A stretch of DNA of 63,444 nt, counting the filler, from Chrysochromulina tobinii (lineage: Eukaryota), in the NCBI GenBank assembly GCA_001275005.1. It is 8 parts of 8 records of this genome, joined end to end, with 100 filler letters (N's around TTAATTAATTAA, not from the genome) between each part and the next. Parts side by side here need not be neighbours in the genome. Positions count along the whole stretch, not along the records: positions 20,062 to 25,555 come from JWZX01000347.1; positions 25,656 to 38,398 come from JWZX01000348.1; 6 more parts are not named here. One strand, written 5' to 3'. The notes under the pieces were generated by a model that ran no database searches, was not told where the DNA came from, and saw only the letters and a list, made by a program, of their open reading frames with translations. This document shows positions 23,001-35,186 of this stretch, piece after piece (positions within the stretch are counted from its first letter, which is position 1; each line of letters begins with the position of its first letter). The position numbers and the translations under genes are program-made.

Positions 23001-25555
23001 CACCGTCAGTGGGAACACAGCTACATATGTGCGCGCTCATGTTTCAATCGCCCTGATGGGAAGATTTTTGACGTGCTTGCCTCGACTCTCGCTTGCACAA
23101 CTGCGGCTTACCCTCCTGTCAACTTCAGTTGGTATGCGCCGCAGAGGCCTGTAACTGCTGTACCTCATTGCCCACATGAGACTCACGTTTTGCTCCTTGT
23201 CTGCAGGGCGGGGGTGTCTATGTCCAGGGTGGCACAGTGGCCATCTCATCGTGCACCATCAGTGAAAACACAGCTACAAATGCCGGACAAGGCGGCGGTG
23301 TCTTTGTCTCTTATGGCACAGTCACGATCACGTCTTCCTCGATCTACGGGCACCTGGCTCAAAATGATGGACAGGGTGGCGGTGTCTTCGTCCAGGGTGG
23401 CACAGTGGCCATCTCATCGTGCACCATCAGTGGGAACACAGCTAACTCTGGCGGCGGTGTTCGCATCGACGGTGGTACGGTGACCTTCTCAGCATGCATC
23501 ATCACTGGCAACAGAGCTACTGGGGGATGGTCGTCGGGTGGCGGTGTCATTGTCGGGGATGGCACAGTGACTTTCTCATCGTGCACCATCAGTGGGAACA
23601 CAGCTGACTGGGGGCCCAATGTCCGTGTCGGAGGAGGCACAGTCTGCTCCTGGGCAACGCCCCTCACCGGCGTCTATGGCACAGTCGTCTCAGCTTGCCC
23701 GGCACCGCCGCCGCCGCCACCACCACCGCCACCACCGTCTCCGCCGCCGCCGCCATCGCCGCCGCCGTCTCCGCCATCGCCGCCATCGCCGCCACCGTAT
23801 CCGCCGGGGACCGCGGCGGTGAGCACCGTTGCCGGCCTGACCAGTGCACTCGCCAACACCGCCGTCGGCCACATTGTCCTTGCCTCCGGCACCTACTATC
23901 TCAGCGCTCAGCTCAGCGTCACCAGGAGCATCGTCCTCGAGGCTGCGGTGGCAGGCTCGGTCGTGCTGGATGCACAAGCGAGCTCCTCCACTTGGCGTCG
24001 TGTGCTGTTGATCAACCTGGGCTCATCGGACGTTGTGCAACTGGTCGGGCTCAACATCACGGGAGGCTATGATGCTGGCGGTGGCGGTGTCTTTGTCAGG
24101 TCTGGCACAGTCACGATGACGTCTTGCTCGATCACCGGCAACACAGCTACCGGCGGGTGTGGTTACGGGTGTGCGGCGGGCGGCGGAGTCAACGTCGCTA
24201 GTGGCACAGTGACCTTGTCATCTTGCACCATCACTGGCAACACAGCTGCTAATGGTGGCGGTGTCTTTGTCTATGAAGGCGCAGTGACCATCTCATCGTC
24301 CACCATCAGTGGGAACACCGCTCCCTGGGGCCCCAGCAATGTCATTGTGCAAGGAGGCACGGTCTGCTCCTGGGCAACGACCCTCACCGGCGTCCTTGGC
24401 ACCGTCTCAGCCTGCCCGGCACCTCCTCCGCCGCCCCCGCCGCCGCCCTCGCCGCCGCCGTCTCCCCCACCATCGCCACCGCCACCATCTCCGCCGCCCC
24501 CATCGCCCCCTCCCTCGCCACCGCCACCCTCGCCACCGCCGGCGCTCTCTTCTGACGCCATCCACCAGGTAAACACCCCTGCCGGTGTGACTTCGACGTT
24601 CACCATCTCCACGCAAACAACCAGCATGTACGTCGCAGTGCTGAGTACTGGGGGCGACGCGAAGAGCATCAGCTCCTTCACATGCGGTGCGAGCACTATG
24701 AGCAGCGGCAACTTTCGGACGGTTGGACCGGCTGGCTGGTTCTATGAGTATGGAATTGGTGGTGCTACCTCGCACGGTTGGGTGTCGATGGGGTTCACCA
24801 ATCTCACTTCAGGCGGCTCCAGCTGCACCCTGGGGATACATCAGCATTATAGCGGTGGTAGCGCTATGATTGCGACAGCCACGACCTTCACGTGCAGTGC
24901 CATGAACCCAAGCTCGGCGGCATGGACGAGGCCATGGACGCCAGCAGGATGCCCTGGGATGTATCGACAGCCATGTGAGGCGCAGTCCTACGTCGCCAAT
25001 ACGTGTGGCCCCTGCCTGCACGGCCCTGTGACTGCTGTGGGCACTACCCCTGCCTGCCCGCCACCACCGTCGCCGCCGTCGCCGCCCTCGCCGCCGTCGC
25101 CCCCGCCCATGCCGCCGGCTTCTCCGCCGCCTCCCCCGTCAACCCCGACGGCGCCGCCGCCGCCGCCGCCACCGCCGCCGCCGCCGCTCTCCTCTGACGC
25201 CTTCCACCAGGTAAACACCCCCGCTGGTGTGACTTCCACGTTCACCTTCTCCACGCAAACAACCAGCATGTACGTCGCAGTGCTGAATACTGGGGGCGAC
25301 GCGAAGAGCATCAGCTCCTTCACATGCGGTGCGAGTTCTATGAGCAGCAGCAACTTTCGGACGGTTGGACCGGCTGGCTGGTTCTATGAGTATGGAATTG
25401 GTGGTGCTACCTCGCACGGTTGGGTGTCGATGGGGTTCACCAATCTCACTTCAGGCGGCTCCAGCTGCACCCTGGGGATACATCAGCATTATAGCGGTGG
25501 TAGCGCTATGATTGCGACAGCCACGACCTTCACGTGCAGTGCCATGAACCCAAGC
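20062..25555 (+). CDS. Large extracellular mosaic protein (CUB-like repeats, Cys-rich module, parallel beta-helix repeats, Pro-rich linkers); truncated at both ends, apparent frameshift near 22170, intron 23029-23206
   Basis: Four CIRSPNFP..Y...TC.I...FSTE..YDFL...W.SD....TGWRVC units, CDDGGPG...CTDCGPR, repeated GGGVFV.GGTV.ISSCTISGNTA, (S/A)PPP linkers. Confidence 0.8.
24541..25555 (+). repeat. Near-identical ~370-bp intragenic domain duplication (24541-24913 and 25184-25555)
   Basis: LSSDA.HQVNTPAGVTSTF...TFTCSAMNPS is repeated with few substitutions. Confidence 0.9.
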
Positions 25556-25655
25556 NNNNNNNNNNNNNNNNNNNNNNNNNNNNNNNNNNNNNNNNNNNNT
25601 TAATTAATTAANNNNNNNNNNNNNNNNNNNNNNNNNNNNNNNNNNNNNNNNNNNN

Positions 25656-28600
25656 AGCCCTCTGGCCGTTGATGTGCCACGCGAGCACGCCGCCGGCGAG
25701 CGTCATGCGGATCCGATCGCCCGCCTTGTAGGCGGGCAGGCCGTCCTGGACGTAGGAGTTCTTGTGCCCGATTCTACCGTCCGCCGTGTAGCCCCAGCTC
25801 CCAGCGTCTTCACCCAGATAGCTGGACATGGCGTCCTTGCTCGGCAGCGCCGCGCCGATGAAGCAGCCATCAGAACTGGTGCCATCCTGCTGAACGACGA
25901 GCTCGACCATCGGCGAGACCGCGCCGAGCAGCGCCCGCCCGTCGCTCATCTCGAGCCTCACGCTCCGCCCGCCGTCACCGAGCGTGGCGCTCGCGACCTT
26001 GAGCTCCGGCGCAAACAGCAGCGCGAGCCGCTGCAGCGTGGCTGTCTCCATCACTTCGATCGCCTGCGCCGAGCAGTCGACCTCACGCAGCGACAGTCGA
26101 CACGCGCCGCTCATCAGGGCCGCCTGCCGCTCCAGGACCGCCTCAAAAGGCATCCGACCAAAGCTGAAGCTGCCGCTGAAGCTCCCGCCGCCGGCTGATG
26201 CCGGCGTGGCATTGCCGAAGAAAACAAACTGGGCCGCCCCGCCGACGCCGGCGTCCACGCTGATGGCGATGCACTGCTGCAGTGCGTCGAGCCGCTTGCC
26301 CGTGAGTGCGTCGGTAATGTGCCCATGGTTCGCGCGGAGCGAGCGCGCCCACCACGCGCGCATCGCCTCGTAGGCGGCGTGCGGCAGCTCGCGGGGCGCG
26401 TGGTTCCACGGGTGCAGCGTGAGCGTGGCTGGTGGCTCGCCGCAGCCCTCCAAGAAGGTGAGGTGGTGGCAGAGGCCGTCGGCGCCCGCCGTTGCCACGT
26501 CGGCATCGCGCCAGCCGCCGGCCGTACGCACGGAGAGCGGCTGGCCGTCGGCGTAGCGCCGGGCGCCGAGCGCGCCGCTGGAAACCAGCGCCGAAGTAAG
26601 CGCGGCCTCGAGCGCGACGGGCTGCAGCCTCTCGACCGCCGCGCGCACCATTGCCGAGCGCGGCTTGGAGCTGCGTGGGATCGCCGTTACTGAAGAGCTT
26701 CGCCGCCGCGTCCACGCACGACTGCACGGCGCCGCCCGCCTCGCGCGCCGCGTGCGCGATCGTTTGGCATCGCGCCGCGTTGTCGGCGATCTCGCGCGAC
26801 CGCTCGCCGACGGCGCGCACAGCCGACACCGATTTCATCCGCCCAGCATCGTCCGCCAGGTGGCGTGCGGGCTCGACGAGGTCTCGAAGCGCACGCGCAT
26901 CGCCGACGAACGCGGCGTCCCAGCCGGCAGCGGGTGGCCGCCACGGCAGCACCGCCTGGCTGCATCGGTCGTAGGCGAGCTCGGCGTCGTCGCCGCCCGT
27001 GACGGCGGCGGCGACGCCCCCCCCGGTCGCATCGACGACGCCAAAGCGCGGCCCGCCGCCCGCGCCGCTGCCCTGCCAAGAGAGTAGGAGCAGCGGCTGT
27101 CCCTCGGCGAGGCGCAGCGCCGCGGCGGCGGGCGCATCAACCGGTGGCGGCAGCTCCGATGGCTCGACCGTCGCGCTGTCGGACGCGAGCATCTTGGGCA
27201 ACACTCGTTGCAGTGCGCCCGCAATTCGATCCACGTACTTCATGTAAAGGCCGACCACGATGGCCTTGTCGCCCTTGCCGGTGAAGGTGGCGCGCTCGAT
27301 GCGGGCGACCACCTCGTCGACGCGCGTCTCGAGCCGGCCGGCGCTCAAGTCGACGGTCCCGAGGGGGCACCCGCTTCGGAGCTGGAGCATCTTGGGCGGT
27401 AGCTTATCCAGCTCCGCCTTCACCCGTGGGACGACGGACAGCCGCAGGATGAGCTCGCCGCTCACTGCCGACTCGAAGACGCACCAGCCGCGGCCCTCGT
27501 CGTCGTCGAGGCCGGCCTCGCCGTGGCGTCCGTCGTACGAGCGCTCGTTGAAGAGCGTGTCGACGCCGCCGGAAATGTGCGCAAGCTGCGCCGCCGCTCG
27601 CTTGGCCGCTTGCGCCGCCGCGTGCGTTGTGAAGCACACGGTCGCAGGTGGAAACCTGCCGAGCGTGCAGCTGACGATGTCGCCGTAGGGCACAAGCGTC
27701 GCTTTGATCGCCGCCCCGTCGACACCCGGGGCGAGATCGAAGAGGCAGAGCTTGCCGTCGTACTCTGGCGGTCGCAGCGGCAGCTCCTTGAGCTGCAGCA
27801 CGGTCGTGCCGATGGCGGAGGCATAGATGTGGCCCATGACGCCAAGGCCTCTTTTGAAGGCGCGTTCCTGCTCCTCGGTGCGCGGGCTCTGGTCGCTGTT
27901 CTGGTACAGCGACGGGAAGTCCCAGAAAAAGGCCTCGATGTCGGACCGCTCTTGAAGGGCACGCCACAAGGCTTCGATGCGATGGCCGGTGGGGTCCGGG
28001 TTGCCCGAGGTGGGCCAGCCGAAGGAGAACGCGCCGATCGCGCGCTCGCCCTTGAGAAGAAGACGCTTCGCTTCCTCGGGTTCCAGATGCGGCGAGATCC
28101 CGCCCACAGGCTTGAGGTCCTGTCGGCGGACGATGCGGTAGTCCGGCTGCCGGGCGAGCTGGGCTTTCAGCCAGGCCGAGCGCACGAGGGCAATATCGCC
28201 GCGTCCGAACGCCTGGAGCAGATCGTTGTCGAGCGCACTCAACTCGCGCTTCACCTCGGGGTCGATGTCGAAGCCGCCTTTGGACGCGGGCGCCGGCGCG
28301 GGTGCCGCCGGCTTCGCTGCTGCCAGTGGCGCGGGCTTTGGCGGCGGCGCTGTCGGCTGCGCCGTCTCGTGAGTTGACTTGCCTTTTTTGGAAGGAGGCG
28401 CGGCTGGCGCGGCGGCGGCTGCCCCTCGCTTGGTGCCCTTCAGGATCGCCTCGACAGTCGGAGGCGCTAGCGGCATCCCTCCCTCCTCCTCATCATCATC
28501 GTCGTCCTCCTCAACGCCCATGAGCGCCTCCGGCGCCACAGCCTTGGCAGCTGTAGCCGGAGCCGCCGCTTCCGCAGGAACGGCCTTGCGCTGTAGCTTG

Positions 28601-28776
28601 CGCCGGCGCTGCTCCTCGGCTGATTCGGCGCCCGCCGCGCTCGTCGAGGCGAACACGGAAGCCACCCACGCTTCTTCCTTGGTGTCGCGCTCGTCGTCGC
28701 TGCCGCCGACGGAGCCGCTGGCGATCTCGAAATTGCGCTTCTGCGCCTTGGCCAGGCGCTCCTGCTCTGCCTTCAT
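25656..28776 (-). CDS. Large protein: low-complexity N-terminus, central HET-like algal domain, C-terminal SPRY/B30.2-like domain; frameshift near 26652; 3'-truncated
   Basis: Central motifs SFGW...PDP.G, FFWDFPSLYQ, MGHIYAS, RGWCVFE, ATFT..GD...V..LY. After the frame switch: CFIGAA...YLGEDAGSWGY...YKAGDRI...WHING. Confidence 0.65.
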
Positions 28777-29037
28777 TGCGGCTTGGTGCTCAACTTACGT
28801 ATCCCTTGCACATTCTCGGCGAGTGTGGGAATTCCGGTTCTTGGAGAGGCGCGGCGTTTCGGCACGACGGCCTGTTGGACGGGGCTCACGCACATCGACG
28901 TTTGTCGTTTCCATCTTTTCGTGTCATAAGAGTGGGTGCAAATCCTGATGGAATCATCAGTGAATCATCCCAAAAGCGGACTCGCAATTGTCCGAGACTC
29001 TCGGCTTTGATGGTCGGCCCAGCGCTTGATGACGTTC

Positions 29038-31203
29038 ATGAGGACAGTCTCCTTGATGAGACTCGTGGCCGCCTCAACAGCGTTGCAGCTGCGAGGTTGC
29101 GTCGCGCCTCGTGCACCGGTGCCGCTGCTGGTGGCCAAGTTTCCGACTCGACCCCATCACTCACATCTCGAGCAGACTGATGAAGTGCAGGTGGACGACG
29201 ACACTTGCGAGGTTGAGCCGGCGGAGCCGCTATTTGTCATGCAGATGCGCTGCGAACTTCGCTGCTGGGCGCGTGGGCGCGAATTCCGCCGCCGGCTGTT
29301 TGCGCGGCAGACGCGCAACCTTCTGCGCCGTCTCCCCGACTGGTACGTTGCTGTCGTGATCGCCGCGCACATGATGGTAGTGCCGATCACGATGACGGGC
29401 ATGGACCTGCTGATGCCGACAGCACAGGTGCGCGTTGCCGAGCGCGAGCTGCGCGACATTCGCCACGCCACGCTCGACACCATCTTCTCTCTCGTGGAGG
29501 GCATGCACTACAAGCCGAGCACGCTCTTCCTCTCCCCCAGTAACAGCGAGCGGCTTGCCGATGCTGAGCAGCTCGTGGATGCATTGGGAGACCCCGCCAC
29601 CGTCCGCTCCGACTCGGCCTTTGGCGCGCTCGCCACCACGCTGATCAAGACGCTCAATGACCCGTACTCGTCGTACACCGGCCCGGAGAGTCTGGCCGCG
29701 GCGGCAGCAGCAGGCGCGGCCCCATCGCACGCACTCTCCCCGTCGCCCATGCCGCCGCCAAGGAGTCTGGCCGACGGCGCCTCCTCGGCGACACAAGGGC
29801 CGATGCCTGAGCTCCAGATGATGCCCTCGAGCGCATTCGTGCCCATCAGCGAGTCGAAGATGGACGAAACCGACTGTGGTCTCACTCTGCGTCCATGGAA
29901 GGCCGTCGACGGCGACCCGCAGGCCGTTGGGGTGAGTGTGCGAGCGGTGAGTCCGGATTCGGCGGCGGAGGCGGTGGGGCTGCGAGCGGGCGACCGGCTG
30001 CTTCGGATCGAAGGGCTGGACTATGAGCTGGCAGCCCTCTCCGCCGAGGGGCTACACGCAGCTCTGCGGGGGCAGCTCTCTGCTGCAGATGTGAACGCTG
30101 CCCTCGCCGCCTCCGACGACGTCGCTGGCGCGAGAGAGGGCGGCACGACGGGTAGAGCGGCAGCCTCCGCAACGGCCGGTGACGATGTGCGGCTGCTGGT
30201 GCGCCGTAGCAACGCCCCGGGCGATGCACCAGCTGACGCAGGCGAGGCCGAGTGGGTCACATTACACCGAAGGCCAGCCGCGCCCGCGCCTTCATGGGTA
30301 CGCTGGGCCTCATTGGGTGGCAGGTTCGGTCCGCGTGTCGGCTACCTACGCATCCGTCAGTTCACCGAGGCGGGCACGGCGGAGCTTGCCGCGACGCTCG
30401 CGCATCTGCACGCCTCCGGGGTGGCCGGGCTCGTCATCGACCTGCGCAACAACCCCGGCGGCCAGTTCACAGAAGCGCTCGCCTCGGCTTCGCTCCTCCT
30501 ACCGGACGACGCCACGATTGCGTACACCATCGATGCGGCCAACAACCTGAACGCCCATACCGTGGGGCTGGTTCAGCAGCAGTGGAGGGCAGCGGCCGTG
30601 GCGGCAGATGCACAGCAGTCACCCGTGCGACGGTCCGGGATGGAGCCAACGCAGCAGCAGCAGCAGCAGCAGCCATCGCCGCTTCTGGCGGCAGCGGCCC
30701 CGGCTGGGACCACCGCCGACTGCGCGAGCAACAGCGACGGCTGTTCTGAAGAGTCATCGGCAATGGGTGCAGCGGCGGCAGCGAGCTCCATCGAAGCTCC
30801 CAGCGGAGCCCGAACCGCCCCTAGGGCGCCGCGTCCTTCGTCGGTGCGCCCACTCGAGCCGTTTCCTCCGAATGTGCCGATTGTGGTGCTCGTCGATCGC
30901 GGGACGGCAAGCTCCGCGGAGCTCTTCGCCGCTGCGTTGCATGACAACGGACGAGGCGTGCTCGTGGGCGAGAACACATTTGGCAAGGGGCTGATCCAAC
31001 GCGTCTTCCCGATGCCGAACGGCGGCGCTCTCAAGCTCACCATTGGCGAGTACCTCCGCCCAAATAAGGCAAAGGTTGAGCCTGGGATCGGCTTGCTTCC
31101 CGACGTGCACTGCGACGCGGGCGATGCATGCGTTGATGTAGCAGCAAGCTTGGTGCGAGGCGGACGCTCGGCATGGCTCCAGGCGGACGCTCGTCACCTA
31201 TGA
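29038..31203 (+). CDS. C-terminal processing peptidase (S41A, CtpA-like) with PDZ domain; probable plastid presequence
   Basis: LNDPYS, PDZ-like DSAAEAVGLRAGDRLL, GYLRIRQF, IDLRNNPGG, catalytic TASSAE and TFGKG. Confidence 0.88.
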   Translation: MRTVSLMRLVAASTALQLRGCVAPRAPVPLLVAKFPTRPHHSHLEQTDEVQVDDDTCEVEPAEPLFVMQMRCELRCWARGREFRRRLFARQTRNLLRRLPDWYVAVVIAAHMMVVPITMTGMDLLMPTAQVRVAERELRDIRHATLDTIFSLVEGMHYKPSTLFLSPSNSERLADAEQLVDALGDPATVRSDSAFGALATTLIKTLNDPYSSYTGPESLAAAAAAGAAPSHALSPSPMPPPRSLADGASSATQGPMPELQMMPSSAFVPISESKMDETDCGLTLRPWKAVDGDPQAVGVSVRAVSPDSAAEAVGLRAGDRLLRIEGLDYELAALSAEGLHAALRGQLSAADVNAALAASDDVAGAREGGTTGRAAASATAGDDVRLLVRRSNAPGDAPADAGEAEWVTLHRRPAAPAPSWVRWASLGGRFGPRVGYLRIRQFTEAGTAELAATLAHLHASGVAGLVIDLRNNPGGQFTEALASASLLLPDDATIAYTIDAANNLNAHTVGLVQQQWRAAAVAADAQQSPVRRSGMEPTQQQQQQQPSPLLAAAAPAGTTADCASNSDGCSEESSAMGAAAAASSIEAPSGARTAPRAPRPSSVRPLEPFPPNVPIVVLVDRGTASSAELFAAALHDNGRGVLVGENTFGKGLIQRVFPMPNGGALKLTIGEYLRPNKAKVEPGIGLLPDVHCDAGDACVDVAASLVRGGRSAWLQADARHL

Positions 31204-31459
31204 GACTTTCCGGACAGGATCGTGCGCCCATGGCCTTTTAGCTTTTTGTGAGTGTCGCAGACTGCACAATGTAACCGAGCCCCACCCTTTGCGTTAACCC
31301 CGCGTACTCGACTGCGCTGTTTTAGTCGAGTTGTAACAAGTGCAAATATTAATATACGCGCCGAACCGCCATGCGCCAATCGCCCATTGCGATGATAGAT
31401 ATGTCGTGGAGCTTGTCGCACCGCGCACATGCATATCCGGGGTCCGGGCCGCCGAACAA

Positions 31460-32981
31460 CTACTCCCCCTGGTACTTGCCGCCGTCTTCGAACTTTTTAG
31501 AGGGTTTGTCCTTGCGCACGCCCTTGAAGCTCGTCTCATTGCTCGACGACGGCACTTGTGTAGGCCGTAGTGGCATCAGCTTGAGCTCCTCAGCCGCCGC
31601 GGCCGCTCTGGCCTCGTCCGCCGTGAGCGTCGCAAATACTATAGGTAACTTCCGCTCCACACACCCGGTATCTGACTGCGAGTGAATCGTATCTGACTGA
31701 GTGGAATTAGGACGAGTCTCAGGACGATAGCGCTCGATACTCGCCTCGAATGAATCCTCGATGGGCACGAGCCGCACACCTGCCTTCCGCAGCTACGGGC
31801 ACGCACGAACAGCAACAGGCATCATTCAGTGTGGGAGCGGACGAGCAGAGAGAGGCGGCGGACGAGAGGGCCAATGCCCAGTGTGGTCGAGCTGCGACCT
31901 GTTGCACGCGCACCTGCAGCAGGGTCTGCTCCTCTTGGCACCATCCTTTGCATCTGAGCGTGGTATCATGCAGCAGGGCCATCCTGCTCGCACCTGCAAG
32001 ATGGAGCGTAGGTTGGAGGACGTGAGTGTCAAACGGTCAGTAGCTGCCTGGGGCGGAAGCTGTGAAGGGAAGCTGTGAAGGGAAGCTGTGAAGGGAAGCT
32101 GTGAAGCGCCTTGGGCTTCACAGCGCACGGAGAGAAGCCGCGGCTCAACGCCAGCCGGTCCTCTGCAGCTATGGCGTCCAGTGCACACCTGCGAGCGCAC
32201 GGAACGCCGAGGGCGTGCCGAAATAGATCCAGTCATGAAAGAAGACTTCGCAGGATCCCTCGCCTACGTCAGACGTGTCGGTTGCCTTGCATTTCCTTAG
32301 ATTGAAGCCATCGAAGTTGACAGCCCGGAAGGCATAGGCGAACATGATAGACGAGGCATTCATGTGCTGCCACAAGCGCGAGTAGCGCCCCTCGACGAGC
32401 CGCAGTGGCTTCGACAGCACGAGATCCAGCCGAGCTCGCACGATCACATCATGCGGGCCCGCAGCGCGACGGAGATCCTCCGCCCGTGCCAGATGGTCCA
32501 TCTGAAGATACCATCGTACCATGAGGACGCCCAAGTAGGGAGAGATGATCATGGGCCTGATGTTCTGATTCGCACGTCTTCGCTGATCCATGAAGACGGA
32601 GCGCTCGACATTCGGCCAGACACGGCACACCTCAGGCATTGTGTACCACCATGCGTCCTGCCCGAAAGCCTTGGCAGCGTCACACAGAGCGGAACCTTGC
32701 TTGTGCGTCTCTGGCAATAACATCGCGCGCACATCGCCCCACTCGGCGAATGATCGTCGCACCTGGTCTTCAAACTCACGAGAGGCGTTCAGAAATCCAA
32801 GAGCAGAGCCCTCAGCCAGCGCAGTTTGCACATTGGCCGGTGCGTTGCACCAGTTCTGCACATCACTGACGAAGAAAACAGAGGCATTGTTTGGGATGAT
32901 GAGGTTCTGCAGCTGGCTTGCGAACCAGTTGGGTGTGGCAGTGCCGTAGAAACGGCCCGAGTACAACACGGCGACCCGCAT
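31460..32981 (-). CDS. Hypothetical glycosyltransferase-like protein, 3 exons (32189-32981, 31914-31993, 31460-31792), ending in an AP2-repeat-like fragment
   Basis: RVAVLYSGRF, HDVIVRARLD and FHDWIYFG motifs. GT-AG introns 31994-32188 and 31793-31913 join the exons in frame. The function call is weak. Confidence 0.55.
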
Positions 32982-33002
32982 TTATTCGCGAGGCCAGGCG
33001 TG

Positions 33003-33470
33003 TATGAGGCGCCACGCGAAATAATCAGACGTCGCGCTCTCTGCGTCCCGTTCAATGGGCGTCAAGGTGGAGTCCCGGCCTTTGCGTCCTGCGCGGAGCA
33101 GGGTTTCGGGAAAACTTGTGAGGAATCTTTTTGACTTGGGGTTCTTTCTTATTTTTCAAAACAATAAACTATGAACTCACAACTTCGAACTCGCAGATTT
33201 CGGGTTTCGGGTGCCGGGTTAGTTTCACGTTGACCGGAGCGGCAGTATGAGGTTGTTGGTTCAAATTTGTTCATTTTTCAAACTTCAAAGTGCAAACTGA
33301 CTTCGGCGACCGAAGTTGTAAGTTGTTTGTTGTTCATTTTTCAAACTTCAAAGTGCAAACTGACTTCGGCGATCGAAGTTGTAAGTTGTTTGTTGTTGAA
33401 CAACTAACAACTTTGAACTTGAAACCCGAAAACGCGAGTTGTTTGTTATTATTTCGCGTGGCGCCTCATA
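33003..33470. mobile_element. Non-autonomous DNA transposon (MITE-like), 468 bp
   Basis: Perfect 23-bp TIRs (TATGAGGCGCCACGCGAAATAAT at 33003-33025, reverse complement at 33448-33470) flanked by direct GGCGTG. AT-rich interior with a ~62-bp tandem duplication. Confidence 0.85.
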
Positions 33471-33581
33471 GGCGTGCGCACAAACTCTCGAATTTCGTCG
33501 AAGAAATCTTCGTCTTGAAACTCTTCTAACCTCACCGCCGACACAGCGTTTTTCCAAGTGTTGAAACGCTGAACGGCAAAT

Positions 33582-35186
33582 TTGCCGACTGTCATGCAGG
33601 AAGAGCGAGGCGTGTCGGCATTTGGCGACGCCATCAGCTTCTGCAAGCTTCATGCGACTGAGCGCACCCCGCACCGCGTGCACACAATGGCCGTGATAAT
33701 GATGGAGCACGTGCCAGCCTTTGCAAACAACGTGCCGTACCGACTGCTCGTAGATTGCTGTAAGAAGATGCATTACAGCACGGAACCCGCGCACACACGC
33801 TTCAACGATGAGGACGACGGCAGCGTCGTGTTTCGCATCGTGCTATCGGGAAAGGTGCTCCAGACGCGGCGCTTGGGAACGGCTCGTCTTCCTGTTGGCT
33901 TCCTGGCCGCTGGCGACACGTTGGGCCTCTCGGCGATGGTCGAGATTGTACCACCCGGCATTCAATATACGGTCGTCTCGGATGCAGGCAGCGAGTTCGC
34001 ATGCATTCGTAAGTTCGATTGGGAGCGCACCCTGCGCCAATTCTTTGAGAGGCAGATCGCCGAGTACGCGACAGTGCTGTCGCGAGCACCAGCTTTCGCC
34101 GAGTGGCCACTGGCAGCGCTGCGAGGCGTGGTAGGCTCGTCGCGGGTAGTCACTGCGCCACCGGGTGCGCTGGTCATGCGCCAGGGCGACGCATCGGACG
34201 AGCTCTTCGTGGTCCGCTCGGGCGAGGTGAGGCTCCTCAAGTCGATGCTGACACGCGAGGTCGCACGGTGGCCCTCGACCAAGGCGCCCATGCAGCCGGG
34301 CTCAAGAGCAACCAGTGCTAGGCTGTCGTCGAGAGGTGAGCATGGTCACTCCTCGCCGAGAGCGCGGCCTTCTTGGGGACCTCCGCCAAGCCGCCCATCT
34401 CCAATGGCAGTGGCAGAGACGCCCGGCGAAGCCGATCCCATCACGGAGGAGGGAGTAACTACATGCCACCGCCTTGTCGTTGCGGGTGGCGCGGTTGAAG
34501 CCAACTGTTTCGGCCATGACGAAGCCCTCGCGGTGATCATTCGACTTGCGACTGCGCGAACGAGCGTGTCCCTCGGGGGTGCAGTGTCCCCAGGGCACCC
34601 ATCGATCTCCATTCCTCCGCCTATCCGCCGCAACGCGAATGCCTTCTGCATCTCTACGGTGCATGCACTCGCCATCGCGCCGCTGCTTTTGATGATCCAC
34701 GCACCCAAACCCGAGCTCCTCGGCGCGCTAGTGGCCGCTTTTGGTGGCCGAGCTCTCTCGTCCACCGCGTTTACTGAACGGCTCCTTCACGAACGCAAAT
34801 GGACTCGGTACAAGGAGCGCGAGCTGGCGGCCCATGCACTCGCGCGCTCGGCACCGACGGTTTTCAAACTCTGTATAGGCTCACGCACAGAGACGCCCAA
34901 GTTTGTGGTCGGCAACCACAGCCGGCCGGCCTCCGCCGCACCCGATAGCCGCTCACTCGACTCGGCAGGTGCAGCACGTGCGAGCAGCCGCCTGGGATAT
35001 GGCCTGGACGAGCTCAATGAGCACATGCAAGCGGTCGTGAACGGCGCGGCGGCGGCTGAGCTGCTCGAAGCCCCAGGTGAACTCGGTGCGACGCTTGTCG
35101 AGTGGAGCATGCGTCGCGTTCGAGAGCACGTGAAACCTCGACGAGCAACGCAGCATGGAAAGGCCTCAGTTGTTGGACCCACATGA
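33582..35186 (+). CDS. Cyclic-nucleotide-binding domain protein (two cNMP-like domains); start uncertain
   Basis: FRIVLSGKV...AGDTLG; APAFAEWP...VMRQGDASDELFVVRSGEV...CFGHDEAL...RNANA. Confidence 0.65.
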   Translation: MPTVMQEERGVSAFGDAISFCKLHATERTPHRVHTMAVIMMEHVPAFANNVPYRLLVDCCKKMHYSTEPAHTRFNDEDDGSVVFRIVLSGKVLQTRRLGTARLPVGFLAAGDTLGLSAMVEIVPPGIQYTVVSDAGSEFACIRKFDWERTLRQFFERQIAEYATVLSRAPAFAEWPLAALRGVVGSSRVVTAPPGALVMRQGDASDELFVVRSGEVRLLKSMLTREVARWPSTKAPMQPGSRATSARLSSRGEHGHSSPRARPSWGPPPSRPSPMAVAETPGEADPITEEGVTTCHRLVVAGGAVEANCFGHDEALAVIIRLATARTSVSLGGAVSPGHPSISIPPPIRRNANAFCISTVHALAIAPLLLMIHAPKPELLGALVAAFGGRALSSTAFTERLLHERKWTRYKERELAAHALARSAPTVFKLCIGSRTETPKFVVGNHSRPASAAPDSRSLDSAGAARASSRLGYGLDELNEHMQAVVNGAAAAELLEAPGELGATLVEWSMRRVREHVKPRRATQHGKASVVGPT

